Part shown: positions 1-13,683 of the stretch, piece after piece
Numbering within the stretch: the stretch's first letter is position 1
How the letters are laid out: the number at the start of each line of letters is the position of its first letter
NCBI GenBank assembly: GCA_977030845.1
Contig: OZ365113.1
Span: forward strand, 17,856,001 to 17,920,000
DNA: 64,000 bases
Source: Fimbriosthenelais zetlandica
Taxonomy: Eukaryota
Reading direction: 5' to 3'
Translations under genes and position numbers: made by a program
The notes under the pieces: generated by a model
The model's input: the letters and a program-made list of their open reading frames with translations, nothing else
What the model was told of the DNA's origin: nothing
Database searches by the model: none

Positions 1-1633
1 TTTGTGTCCATAAAACAATTCCAAAAGACCCATTAGTATTATGAAGGATGTGTCATAGACCATGGTGTTAATGTAATGGCAAGCAATTCCCTGTCCCTTT
101 GGGCTGCACGTTCAACTCTTCTCCTCTCCCAATCAATCTATTACCACCCCAGTGCCTGTAGTTAAAGAAATCACTCGTTCAATCCCAAGCGACTCGGCCT
201 GAGGGAAGGCTCACAAGTGCTATGTGAGATATTTACACTGTGTTATTCAAGTGTACCTAATACTTGACAACATCTGCCAAGGCATAGGTTTACTGCATGT
301 CTGTGTGTATAGAGATATGTGGACCGGACAAATGATGAGTCTATTTGAGATAGTAATGCCTCCAGGCCCGATGGTAAACAAATGGGGGAAAGCGATGGTC
401 TCAGTAACAGCATGGAACAAACGAATTGTCTTGAATTGTTTGAGGCGCTCTTTTTCTCTGTTTGTCGTGCTAATATTGGTTCCCCAGTATCCACTCAATA
501 GTATGAACTGGCAAAGGTAGATTCCATAAGACCGATAGGGAGGGAGGGGTTGGAAAATGATATTTTGCTGTCCTAAAAATCAATATTGATTTGTTCAGCC
601 AGTTGTTGGCATGTCTCTGCCGTTGCTATCCTCTCGTTGGCCTCGAGTCAAGTATTTTATCATCAAAATTCAGAAAGTACCCAAAATTGGGAGATTCAGA
701 CAGGAGGATCTCAGATTTAGAACTGTTTCAAACTGATAAAACCTCCGATAAAAGATACTTTCTCTCTTAAAGAGGCTAACAGATTCACCTTATTGCGCCA
801 CACCCAGTAAATTGGTTGCCGTTGACAGCATTCTTCTGAAAGGCGGCGATGCTGTAGTGGTCCACTGAGTGAGGCAATATGACTTCCACAATCAAGATAC
901 GTTAAAACGAATTTGCTTCATTTGTTAACATTGTGTCTGATTGTATTCAATAAGGGATGTGAATGAAACGTGACCTAAATAAAGAAATTTGACCAGTATC
1001 CTGTTTCGAATCCTTTTCAGTCAGGGGAAGCCACATCTCCTTGCAACCAATGCTCTCGTCTAATACCAATCATGTAAATGGGCCCTTGTAAATCTCTATG
1101 GTAATCAAGGTCAAGTATGACTGTCTAAGGTCAAGTGTTGGTGTGCTGATGGGCAGCACAACTGGGTCATAAGGGCTAGTATGGAGACTACAAGAACATT
1201 GGCCATAATCCTACCTCCCTTAACCCCTAATAGGCAGCTTGATATCTGTAAGAATTAAAGGGTTTATATAATTGGACGCACAGAAACTGTCTGTCGAAGT
1301 GATTATGATGTCAGACACTGCTGTATTTCTTTAAATTGTATTTTCATCAGTGCGTCATGAAAATTATAGATTTTTCAAAGATATTTGGGGAAAGATGCAA
1401 AGGGTGAATGGTCCAGTTTGATATGTCAGAGAAAACGGTCCAGCTGCCAATCAGACACACACTATTTAACTCTCCAACAAGAAGTGGCTATTCAGAAGCG
1501 ATGAAAGGTGTCAGGGTCATTCCACGGGGGTGTCTAGAATCGATCTGCTCTTCCTGCCATTTTCGTCCCTCTATTCACTATTCAACACGGAGAGCAATTT
1601 GCCTTTTCACCAGGATCCTTAGGTCTTCTCTGT

Positions 1634-1668
1634 CGCCATTTTGCTGGTGCTTTAAACGACCCGGAAGT
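1634..1668. promoter_or_regulatory. Promoter-like motif pair: YY1-type CGCCATTTTG and ETS-type CCGGAAGT
   Basis: CGCCATTTTG at 1634-1643 and CCGGAAGT at 1661-1668. These motifs commonly co-occur at animal housekeeping promoters. No gene could be assigned. Confidence 0.3.
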
Positions 1669-4512
1669 CTGAGAAATGATGACGATCTTACACCTCGATG
1701 GTGGAAATGGCTGCTTTGACAAGATCTGAAAATTGTCTGCAACACGAATGCATGTAAGCTGATCACGGCAGCCAAATGCATGTCTTGGTTCTCATATTCT
1801 ACCAGTACCAAGGTGAGGAAGACATCATGTGGTTTGGTTTTCCACTTGCATTCCTCTGGCAGATTAAAAGATGGTGAATATTGCATGGGTTGGTTTACAA
1901 AAGCACAAGATTGACCCTTCCCCAACCATGCTGCGTCTACATTACCTGCCAAGTAATCTCCTGTAACAATATCAGATTCATCACTGCAGTGATGAATCTC
2001 AACGATGATACTTATGGATTCGGGCTGTTGCTTGCTAAAGAGGATAACATCAATATTGATATCTACCAAAATGAATGGAATGTGAATGAATGACCAATGT
2101 TGGCTGCCCTAAATCTATAACAGTCATTCCAAAGAGCCATCATCTCTTTGATCTTTCCCTATTAGGGAAATAGTACAGGTAGGCTACGCTAAGAGAATGA
2201 TGTACACCAAAGGGTTGGCGGGGTTTCTTCCAGTATTTACATCGGTTCGATAGCCTATTTTCACTAAGAGTCGGTTCAAAGAGTACAAGGCATTTATATG
2301 TGACAAACACAGTCTTAGAAATCATGAACATTGCTTTACTTTACATGGATGATAAAAAATAGCCTTGGCAACTGCGGTCTCTAACTCAGGTATCCTATAT
2401 ACAAGACGTTAATCAATATATATAGCTTTAGTATAGCAGATGAAATCCAAATATCAAATGCTGCCAATCATGACTACCTTTTGATACCATTACCAACAAT
2501 CAGATACGCTGCTTTGACTATTTACCATTGGCAGATACATGTAACATAAGAACAGCTTGCATGATAGATGCGCTTACAGGGCGATTCAATGTTATCTTCA
2601 ACAAATAAATGTCTCTCCTTACAAGGACAGTGACTTTAGCATGGATTCATCTCGCCATCTTCCCTGCAACATCCCTTGCCAATGTAGTGATTTTATTGAA
2701 TTGCTCAATCAAGGAGCCTGAAAATTATGGTGATTTCCTAAAACAAAGCTTCCTACAGTTTCATAATTGATGCCTGGGAGCGGCAATCGGTCCCAGTGGA
2801 GCAGAAAAATAGAAACTTGAGTAGAACAAGAGCCTTGAGTCATTATCTGTGTCATTAATTCCCATGGTAGAGGAGACTTAATGGTTTTGACATTTGTTCT
2901 CTCTGCCTCACACATTGCTCCCCGGGTAAGTATTTGTCAAACAAATTAAGCAAGTCCTGCTCTGATGATTAAAGAGATTATGATCATTAGTAAAGACGTC
3001 CACCATTGGGATTATTGACGACAATTGCCTGTCATCTTTAATGGAATGAACCACACACTGAGGAAATCATTAGCTTTATTACGCCGAACATATCTAAACA
3101 AAGAGAATGAATGAAAATATCGAGAATTTTCAAAAATGATCTTAATGGTAGTCACATAGGAATTGCTTGGCGACTACCTATATTTCTTCTGAGAAATAAT
3201 ATGAACTATTTTGTATACTTCTTTCCTATAACTGTTGTATAAGGTTTGTTATGACAATCAGAAGAGGCCACCAATTGTATAGGAAACAGTAATATGGCCT
3301 TGCAGTGTCAAGCGTTCTAAGTGTGTGTTTATGTGTGGGTGTGGAAGGAGCCTTGGGGGTTGCGAGGATTAGGACCATTTAATAATAAAGGCACTACTGA
3401 GATTAGGTTTCATCTACTTCTCATGCAAAAGGAAACAGGTGTAGGAGGCCAGCTCAGCAGAAATCACCAATTCTATGTCAACCAAAAGGCTCCCTGTCTT
3501 ACGGTATCCAATAAATTGTGTCAATTCATACACATGAGGCAGAGAAGCCATAGATAATGATAACTGTCGAATTCGCATGATTTCCCAAATCATTGAATTC
3601 CCAAATCAGTGAATTCCCATATATATATACAAGCACATATTGCAAAAATCCCCTCCATTTCGGACTTGCTCATCCTTCAAACAGTAGATTTCAGAAATAT
3701 GTCATTATTAACCATGATTGACAGATCTGACGTTTTTTAGGCTATATTATATTTGGGATATCTGTCAGCGATGGTATAGATATATGTATTTTTAGCTGAT
3801 TAAACAGGCAAACACGCTCATGAAATAGGCCAGGTTGGAGCAATGCCAGAATATGGGAGACTCTCCACTGGCATTACCTCAAAGGCTTCAGGTTGCACCA
3901 TGACAATTGTCAATATTGCGGGGCCTGTAAGATATATAAGTAGCAGGAAGTCAATGGCCGGGCAGAATTGCATAGATAAAGCACACCATTTGACATTTTG
4001 TCGTGCAGGTAAGTGTTTGGGATGGACATAGGTTGAGCGGTTAAATCTGTGACGTGCATATATGGACTAAATTTGATAGAACGTACTCTCTTGTGGTGGC
4101 CTCGCCCTTCTATGCCAATGATAGACTCGAGGGTTTGCTGTCCACTATTAGGTGGATAAGACCCTCACATGGCCAACCCTAAACAGGTCATAAGGGTTTA
4201 ACTCTGTTAACTCTTTTAAGAGTTAAATCACTTACTAGCATGATTTCCCCCCGCTTTGACCAAGGGAAATCATTGAAATAATAACTTTGCATGCTATATC
4301 CTTATAATGCTTTTCCCAGGGAGGACCCCATTATATTCTACTTAATCTTGTATTACTCTAGCATCCAATCAGGTTATCCCTTACTACTACAGTGGAATCA
4401 TTGTCCCCATGGAAAATAAGTATCGGGGGAGTAGGGTCTGAGAGAAGTGGGCCATAGGGAGAGCCTCCCCATATAGAACTATAGGCCTATGCCTTATTTT
4501 ATTTGTTTTAAA

Positions 4513-4570
4513 AGCTCAGTTGGTTAGAGCGCCAGCTCACTCAGTGGGGTTCAATCCTTCGACCTGGCCG
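4513..4570 (+). mobile_element. Degenerate tRNA-derived (SINE-head-like) fragment
   Basis: Pol III A-box-like AGCTCAGTTGGTTAGAGC (4513-4530) and B-box-like GGTTCAATCC (4548-4557). The anticodon arm is shortened and there is no acceptor stem, so it is not an intact tRNA. Confidence 0.5.
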
Positions 4571-7500
4571 AGGCATTTGCTATGCCTGCCTCCACGGGTA
4601 TTGGTATGTTGTAGGCATATTATGTTCTATAGAGCACCTGCACTGGTCAGAGAAATATCCATTGGACATTAGAAGAAAAAGACCCATAAGCTAGTGAACT
4701 TGAGAAATCAAGTGTGAGCTGGCTTTCACCCATACAATGCTCTATAATGGAGGCCCTTCTGATATCTGTAGTGCATGGGTGGATGAATCAAATTTAGTAG
4801 AATATTTAATATTAACACAACATGCACGGAATATTTGATTTTTATCACGTCTCAAGTATGTGATAAATAAAGACACTAGGGCAATTTGTAAGGGGAGAGT
4901 AGGGAGAAGTGGGCCATAGAGGGAAGGGAGCCACCCCAATTTGATTTTTTTTAAATGTTTTAAATCAGCCATTATTGATAGCCTACATTAATTTCTTTCC
5001 TAACCAAGCTCCACTAACCCTACACCCGTTGTTTGCCCGCATTGGAAACGGGGCCTGCTAGTGGGGTATTATATGCCTCACCAATATTCATTGATTGTCC
5101 TGCAGAAGTTGAAGGAATAGCACTGTAAGAAAATGTGAATGTTATTGCTCAAAATGTCTCTCGTACTATACATCCCTGTGTTAGCCACGGGCTATTGGAA
5201 TGCTAGAGGGCCATTTCTAAAATAGGAATATTTCATCACATAGCATTGCGAGAACTCATAAAGCTAGTACTGCTATAAAGTGCATCCGAAATGGAATATT
5301 TCTGGGTGGCAGGTCAGCATTGAAGATAATCTGATTAGGTATTTAGTCTTCATCAGCAAAGTGTCCAAATCTTGACTCAGCTCTGCCCCCAAGTGGCGGA
5401 TCTCATGATCAATCATGAACAATCTGGACTTGGCAAAGACTGTTTCAGCAAAGGGAGGGTCCTTGTATATCATCTATCACGATGTTAGATTTTTGCATTT
5501 CACGTCCAATACCCTCATTACTTCATAAGTCAAAGTATGGATAAAGTTTGAGCCATCCAACAAGTACCATACATACACCGAAATGAGATGAGTTCCCCAA
5601 ATGGGATTGTGCACATGGGGAAGTCCTGTTTATGCATTAGTGAAATACTGATTCCTCTGGTGGTGGACCTGTCATAATACAATAAATGCCACTAGTTGAA
5701 GTGGATAGAGATCGTATCTGAAAGGTGGCCAGCCTGGATCACTGGTGTGGGATCACACGCCAGATCACTCAGCCAATCATTACTTATTGATCGTGAACTT
5801 TGCAGCTGCTTGCCAGGACTGTCCTTCCACTTCAATGTTGGCAGGACATAACTGACCTGCAGACAATGCACTAATCAGCTTAAACTGATGCAAGACAGCT
5901 TAACAAATCCATATATTAACCATGCCCGAGACACACTTGTCACGAGACAATACAGTATAGGTTGAATGACCTGGTGGAAGCCTAAGAGGCAAGAACACAA
6001 AATTTAATTGGTTACAACTGAACTATTGTATTGCTGAAGAAGAAATTATTGAAAAAAGCACCATCAAAGATGAACAACATTTAAGGGGTCCGGCAGCTGG
6101 TTTCCAAGTAATTCCGATCAATCTTTAATGAGAAGGCAAGAAGCTAATCTTTGATTTCCCATGACAAAAAGTCTTTTGCTTTTGCACTGGTTTACCCATC
6201 GTGTATTCCCACAAAGGGACCGAGGTTCGACCTTATGTACTTTATTTGTTCAGTCTGTTTCTCCAGGGTAATTGCAGCGACAAGCTTCCATTCATATAAT
6301 AAGTTGGTACCCAATACTCTGCCGCTCACGCCCCTCTGGCTGCCTGTGTGATTTAGGTATTTCATATATGTTTGTCTGGACAAACAATTTTTTCTCATAA
6401 GACAGGTAGAAATTTAGATGTAATTTGCATTTTATGGATGGCAATTCATTATCAGTCAGAATAAACAAGCCACCAAATCAAATGACAAATATTGTGGTTT
6501 CCACAGGTTTCCTTTGCTCATACCAACAATGCCACCTCACAAATGGGCATGAATAATGTGTCTTCACAAGCAGCAAAGAACAAAAGGAGGTATCCTTGCC
6601 AAAAGAGACTAATTCCTGTATTGGTAATGATATCCCCTTTATCCTAAGCAAGGGATAACATCAAAAGATTGACAAAGGGACAGTAATCTACCCATTCTAA
6701 TGGAAGGGAAATATATTCAGTGCCAAACCCTTACATCAGGACATAGGTTTCATTCATCAGTGATAATCGCACCCCTTGATGCAGTTTCCTTTATTGTTTA
6801 TTGAAGTGTACATTCCGTGCTCAGAAGTCTACCAATTAATTACAAAAAGGAAGTAATCTATATGCCGATGATATGTAAAGAAAAAGCAGGAACAATAAAG
6901 TACGTGTAGAAATAAGAAATTTCAGGGGCTCTGTTCTAGAAAGGTTCAGCCCAGAGGGATTGGTGTACATAACACTCAAATTTTGAAGAATTTCACTTTC
7001 CATTGGAACAAATTCACTGGCTCTCTCCAAGGCAAGGAAATCACAGAGAACAGAGAACTACAAACGATACAAGGTCCTAACAAATTAGCACCCTTAAAGG
7101 CGCGTGTAAGCAGTGTATCAAAGTAAGGACTGCTCTGTAGATTCCTGTTGAATGCTTTGCATGTGTCACATGACCTAAGCCGTTGCTCCACTGTACATTT
7201 CGGATCTAAGCTTGTTTCATCCTGCGCTCACTTTTCAGCCCAGGAAGGACCGCCATGAGATTGAGTGAAGATAATAGAAGAGAAATTGGGGGTAGATGAC
7301 TTTTAATTATCAGTAGACAAGGTATTCAAGGGAATGGAGAGAATAGGCGAACGCATGCAATCAAGGGGTAGGGGGACAGGAAGGACGGATGCTGTTGGGT
7401 GTTTGGTGGAGAACACCAATTCCCAAAGGAATAGGATAGGGAAAAGGCAGGGAAAATGAGATGCAGGAGGAGGTGGAGAGGAGTTGTTACAAGGCCTTGT

Positions 7501-10500
7501 TAAGGATGAAGGAGAGAGAAAAAGTCAAGGAAGCCTTTTGTGACAAGCGGCTGCAATGTTTGATGTCCTTTTCTGATGCGGTACCACTTTTAAACAGTCA
7601 ACTTTCAACTGTGATTAAACCAAAAACTCTTTTCAGAATATCTGAAAACTTCGATTGAAATCTTGAAAACTTTTAATGAGATCAGGTGAATAACATGAGC
7701 TGCATCAGCATCTGATGGATTTAAAAGAATTAAAGATGGCAGGGGATGATTTGTTTTGAAGAAAATAATAGCTGTTATGTGATAGCCCTTATTAAAGCTG
7801 AAGACCAGATGCCATTTTCCTTTTAGTGAGGCAAAGGGACGAGCTGCAAATGTCTCGGGCAGAAATGGGACACTGCATGGGCTAACAATTTAAAAGGCCA
7901 TTGGGACCTTATTTGCATCCATATACACAAAGGTGCATTGATAAGATAAATAATGCTTTTATGTGAATGTTTTTTCCATTCGGTAAGGTCTATAACTTAC
8001 CGGGAATGGTGGGAAAGTGTTTGGAAACCAATGCATGAAAGCCAAGTTAAAATATTTGATGTTGTCAGCCACAAAAAGGGATTTGCGTGTGAAAGGAATA
8101 CGTCCTCAGCAAACCTTTCCACGCATTTGAAAAGGATCAGTAGAGAAAGGCCCATATGGGTGTCCCCCTAGTGCAAACAGGGCTTATTGTATATCTGCCA
8201 GAGGTAGTGGTGTATATGTACAGAAGCCACCGAAGGATGAAGAGAAGCTCATGATGTGACAGTTGTTTGCAGAAGCCATTACACAAGGCATTGTTTATAT
8301 CTGGGGGAATATACTAGTCTCGTACTATTCAATAGACTCCACTAGCTGTATGCGATACTTTGCATCTTCCAGTTGACTACATGGTTCTCAAAACAGTTTA
8401 TGCCCTTTCAGGCTTTATAGTAATAATAGTTAACCGTACATGTTATAAATCATTTAATATTGTGTGTCTTCCCATTATTGCACTTTTAAACATAAATCCC
8501 CGGTATAAATCTTGACCCATGCATGTCAGAAATAAGTCAATTAGAGTTCTCATCCATCCAAGATCAATCTATGAACTCCGGTAAGTGAATAATTTGCATT
8601 GTGAGCCCGGTAGCTGCCCGGGAAATCAAACCTTTATGGATGCAGTACGTTATTGGCCATAAATGTTGAGCAGTTGCCTTGCCTGTTGCTGAATGGAGAT
8701 TCAGATCTGAATAGGACCTGGAGCCATTGGCTGCGGAACACAATACATTGTTATCTCGGCACCAAGCCTACAGCTATTGTTTGCGCTGGCTTTATTTCAA
8801 GATGGATGAGTTATTGTTTCCGAAACTGTGCAGTATACAACATCATGATCTCATATTCCATCTTCTTTTTAGTGACCAAGTCATTTCTGTACAGCATCTT
8901 GATTCAGATTTTGCTTTATTTCATAAATATTTCATATAGTTTCTTCCCTAATGACAGTCTTTATGAGGCGTCCAGTGAGATAGTGGCCTGGTACATCACC
9001 ATAAAAACAACAAGACGAACTTATAAACCTCTTTTATCCGGATAGTAAATTTTATGTTATTAAATTGACGGGGGCATATTGAGTATACACTTGGTCAAAC
9101 AAGCTGCTGAAGGAATAATAATGTAACAGGAGTGTCTTTGCTGTCTATGACCTAGACAGCCGAGACAGCTACATTAATGTAAAATCAATGCTGTCCTCTA
9201 AATTTTTGAGTCAAAAAGTGATATCTGGTTGTCCAATTAACTATGACTTTACTCCATTCAAACCCTTTGAACTTTTTGTCAGACTGAACCTATCTCTTAC
9301 CAGTTCTGTTTATTAACAGATTAGGCTGGGGGTGGGGGTGGATGGGATGGAGGGTAATTTCGAACTTTACTATAGATGCTCAGAAAAGGAAACACATGTA
9401 TCATTGTGACACTGAAGGATATTCCTTTATCCGCGTGTGCAAGGGATGGCAGACCTGATGGTGGAATGCTCCTGCAGCTAATAGGGTTCTTATCACCTTG
9501 ACATCAGTAGGTAATGAGGCCAGAGGAGGCCCAGGCGGAGACTAATTGGTGAGGTAAACACCATGGAAACACCATGGACGATCCTCTGGGAGGATGCACT
9601 ACAAGTGGCTCGACAAAACTGGTGAGGCCCTGAGGCGACAAGGCCTGAATTGCTATCCTCATAAAGAGCAAGCCTACTTACTCCAGGGTGCAGTCTCATC
9701 AGTAAATGTTGATGTTTTTATTAGGCCACTGGATTGGGCTCTTATCTCTGCTGGAGTAACTCTTGAGCCGCTCAGATTAGACCTGTTCCCCGACCCATAT
9801 TGGTAATGGTAGCTGTTTCTCAGGGGTTCCTCTTCAGAAAACGGCTTAAAGTTTCTTAAAATCACACAACAATGTCTTGTCATGTAACAGTTCGGTAAGC
9901 AATGGAATCTGAATGACAGCCATAGCCTTTCGATATGACCATACTCTTTCATTTCAAGTACAATGGTATATCAGCTACCCATACCAAATACTCCTTAAAA
10001 GAAAGTCAGTACCCTTCCGAATCCCCAAGATGCTACATTCCTTTCCAAACGTTCCTAATATTTGAGCAGCTGAGAAGAGGATCCTAAGGTTATAAAAAAG
10101 ACATCGGTGCCACCTCAGAGGCACCGCCCAATATTATTCATATGGCATCCCTGTGGACTGAAGGCAATAGATTTACCACACAAATATACCACCAGGGACC
10201 TAATCAATGACATCAATAAAGAAGCCATAGGGCCAGCTACTGGGGGAAATAGCACCACATTGTTTTGATATTCAAAGCTTGCCCCCCAGTTTCGGTGCAG
10301 AGAATTCCCAGCCTAATTTGCTTTGACCAAATACAACAACAGGGATATATCCATAAATCTATAGAACATGGCTTGCCGACTGATACAAGCGATCAACGTT
10401 TGCAGAGTGCATTATTACAGGGTCAATGCATTTAGTGGGTGACAGTGAAAAACAATACTGACCCAAGGCCATTGATACAGTGTATAGTGAGGCAACAGGC

Positions 10501-12165
10501 CGAATTCATGAAGCATTGTCATGCATGTGTACGAGATGTACATTAACAGCATGTAGGAAGCATATCTATGACAAAAAGCAATCAATTCTTGTATGGTACT
10601 CTTGCCCTATAACTGTTGATTGCTGTTTGATTATTGTATCGAGTGTTATTTTTAATCTCTCAGTGGCTGCCCCTTGGGCTTTGCTGTCAATCAAGAATTA
10701 TGACACTGTCGGAGATATAACAATATTAATACAACTCCCTCAAGGATCTGCATTTATCATGCTCCATTTGTTGAAGAATGACTGATGAGGGTTTTTCACA
10801 TTAGCTTAGACTATTGATCTGAACATTCAATGAACAACGAGTAGGTCGTTTATTTATGCATATCTGTCAATTGAATATTCCATCAGGGACCCAAGAGATT
10901 TGCTAACAGTCCTCGTCTAGCACAAAGTAATGAACCAAACGTCACTTTAAACGAGGACATTTTTGTACTTAAGATGGTAAATCTAGTTGTGGCATAAATC
11001 TAAATTGTTGCATAAATATTTCTACAACAGGGCTCAATCAGGGATAAACTTGGTTCAAGGTCGGACAATCTGGCCATCGTCTTCAGAATGTATGTTCTAG
11101 AGACCCACTCTGGCGTGTGGATTCTGCCCTTAAAGAAAAAGAAGACAAGAAGTCTCTGAGAGAATCATCTCTGGCAGGAAACCATCTCGCCCACTGCCAC
11201 GGCATCAGCCTAGTGTAATCGATGTCAGACGCTGGGGTTACCATGGCAATGATATCAAGCGGGACCCACCTTTATCAGCAGTCACTCCTGATTGCACCAC
11301 CTTATCAGGGGCAGACCGTTTGACTGGAAGTTCCCTAAGACACTTCCGCTATACCAAGGGTTATATTGCCCAATTTCTCCTCTGATATATCAACACTATC
11401 GACTGTCCTGCGGGAAGGTTTATGCGTTCGGAGAAGACGAACCGCATAATAAAAAACATCCCTGTCCTATTCGTAAGATATAAACCTGAAAATGCATACC
11501 TGAATATTTAACAAAAGTCATCTTGGGGCGTGACCTGGTCCCATAACAATATCCTGCAGAGGCAGAACAAGGACGAGTTCAATCAGAAGGGGCTGAGATG
11601 TATATGGCACTGATAAATGGTTGGGTATTCATCCCTAAGGCCTGTATTGTACCAGGCAAGATTTGTCATCCATCACATTGGGTTAGGCACCATATATATT
11701 GTATGCAGGCTTGTCGGTTCTTTATCCCAACTTGATGTATTAATGAACGATGGTTAGTGAATTGAATTAGGTCAGGGTTTTTCTGAAGCCTATCCCTCAA
11801 CAGTATTTTATTTTTTTATAATTAAACTTAAAGCTGCTCTAACTGAAGTCTTGGGTAAAATATATCGATTCCATTTTGTTGGCTAATATCCACCATCAAC
11901 ATAAAAGGAAACGATATGGGTGAATAAAACAGTGATGTATTGCTTACCTATTGGAGTATTTGACTGATAAAAGTTAGACGAGATGGTGTTTGTTTACATG
12001 AAAACAGCATACAAAACAAAACACCATGGTGGCCTTCATAGCCCCTATTACAGTCCCACACCAGATATGGCATGAATATAATCAGTAAATTCATCACTGT
12101 TCAATCAGGTACGTTCAGTCTCACTTATCATTAATTTTGTATGATTTTAGATAATTGCTTATATC

Positions 12166-13430
12166 TCAATTAAATTGACTCAATGTGGGGCAGCATCGGA
12201 TGGTTTCAGATTTCAGAAACTTTAAAATGGCGGAAACGCATTGCTCAAGGCGGGCTTGCGACAACCCTAAGAGTGTCTCATCTGAGGGCAAATTTAAGAT
12301 AGAAATAGAAATAGGCCCAGATTTAGAAAAAAAAGTGCGCGTCCAGTTGAGACTGCGAAATCCATCGAAGTACTTAAGATTTAACACATATACAATGCAA
12401 AGATTTACAACACTATTAATCAACAAGGGCCTGCCACAGATCAGATACGAGATATGATGCGAGAACCTGGCCTCGACTGAATTCTTAAAACTATATAATA
12501 CAAAAGTCCTGTAAAAAAACATCTTAATTCTACACGTAGAAATAAAATACAATTGAACAAAAGGCAGGCCCTCAAAATAATCTTATACAAATAAATAACA
12601 GATAAAATACATTAGATGCCTCTCTCCACTTACCCACGTCGTATCTCCCGCTCTTCATCCAGCGATGAGCCATCCACACTATGAGTCATTCATGAGCTAA
12701 TGAAGAGCAGTAACTAGTTCATTCATGACCAAGTCATGAGTATTAGTCCATTCACAATGTGAGAACTTAGAGGGTGAGAGGAGTCGCTGGTATCTCAGGT
12801 GGGGTATAGGTGGGGTGGAGGTGTACATCAAGGCAACGACCAAGCCCAGGTGTGAAGATAGAGGCAGATGTGGATAGGTCTGAACTGATGTGAAGGTGGG
12901 GTCAGGTGTAGTGTAGTTTTTCTCTGGTAAGGCGATATGAAGTCCACACAACACACCAACACCCTGAGGAGGGACGTTCTGAAAATACCATGGACAGCTT
13001 GGGGATTGAGCCGCCGACCCTCTGATCAGGTTATGCCTATAGCTCACTCCATCTGAAAAAAAAGAAATAATGACAATTATTGCGCAATATTTCTGGGTGG
13101 TTAATTAAAATTTATATTTACTGAATAGGCCTACTGTAGGCCTAAATGGGTAAGAAGAAATCTAATATTTCTAAATTTAAAATCACTGAATTAGTCTACT
13201 GAAGGCTTACATGGTTCGAAGAATTCTAAGTGATGGCCAAAACACAAGAGCTGAATGATCGCCATTGCCAAGACAGGAAATTGAACCCTGGTCTCTCACA
13301 TGCTAGGCAAGCGTTCCAACCACTAGGGCCATATAGGCCTATTGTCACCGTAGAGGCCTATTGTCTCACGTTTCAAATTCTAAAAACATCAGCTACCTGT
13401 ACCTGCTGTCACAATGAAGTATTTGCTCAT
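12166..13430 (-). other. Candidate spliced transcript carrying two consecutive small ORFs (127 aa and 132 aa), product unknown
   Basis: ATG at 13430 (aacATGa); donor CAG|GTACAG after 13403; strong acceptor TTATTTCTTTTTTTTCAG before 13052; stop at 12697-12699; second ATG at 12689; donor GG|GTAAGT after 12634; acceptor GTTTTTTTACAG before 12508; stop at 12166-12168. Phases are compatible. No recognisable domain. Confidence 0.3.
13266..13331 (-). mobile_element. tRNA-Ala-like SINE head or tRNA pseudogene
   Basis: Minus strand reads TGGCCCTAGTGGTTGGAACGCTTGCCTAGCATGTGAGAGACCAGGGTTCAATTTCCTGTCTTGGCA: A-box-like start, CTAGCAT loop (AGC anticodon-like), B-box-like GGTTCAATT. Stems are imperfect. 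Confidence 0.55.
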
Positions 13431-13683
13431 GTTGTGACAGAAGCTCCTCTCTACACAACCCACAACCTGCGCCAAGTCGTTTGTTTACAAACATTCCTGT
13501 CAACTCGTGGATGATGTAGCTTCCATTCTGGTACAACACTTGTGAACTTGCACCTTGCTGACTACGTGCCCTATGAATACAGACTATCCAAGGCAATTTT
13601 CAGCGCTTTACATTTATATTTAGATGTGTTTTTTGCATATTTCGTGTCAGCAATGTGAGGCGTGACTCGATCCCGTGCAGAGC

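Noticed and set aside
1578-2069. 163-aa minus-strand ORF with IVTGDYLAG resembling the GDFN motif of LINE endonucleases
   Set aside because: Spacing to the other endonuclease motifs is wrong and no RT follows. About one ORF of this length is expected by chance in 64 kb.
3582-3619. Short tandem duplication (16-nt unit, about 2.4 copies); similar ones at 14186-14222 and 22649-22678
   Set aside because: Ordinary slippage-type micro-duplications without spacers or associated genes.
6858-6872. LYADD, the catalytic motif of non-LTR reverse transcriptases
   Set aside because: Flanked by stops on both sides, with no upstream PQG/SP.LF motif in frame; consistent with chance.
7953-8171. SVWK...SSANLSTHLKR resembling a BED zinc finger
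   Set aside because: The required CxxC and final His are absent and no hAT transposase sequence follows.
13403-13430. MSKYFIVTAD start resembling CTP synthase or YdjC N-termini
   Set aside because: The downstream conserved blocks (KIDPY..DAGT; DDFG) are not present.
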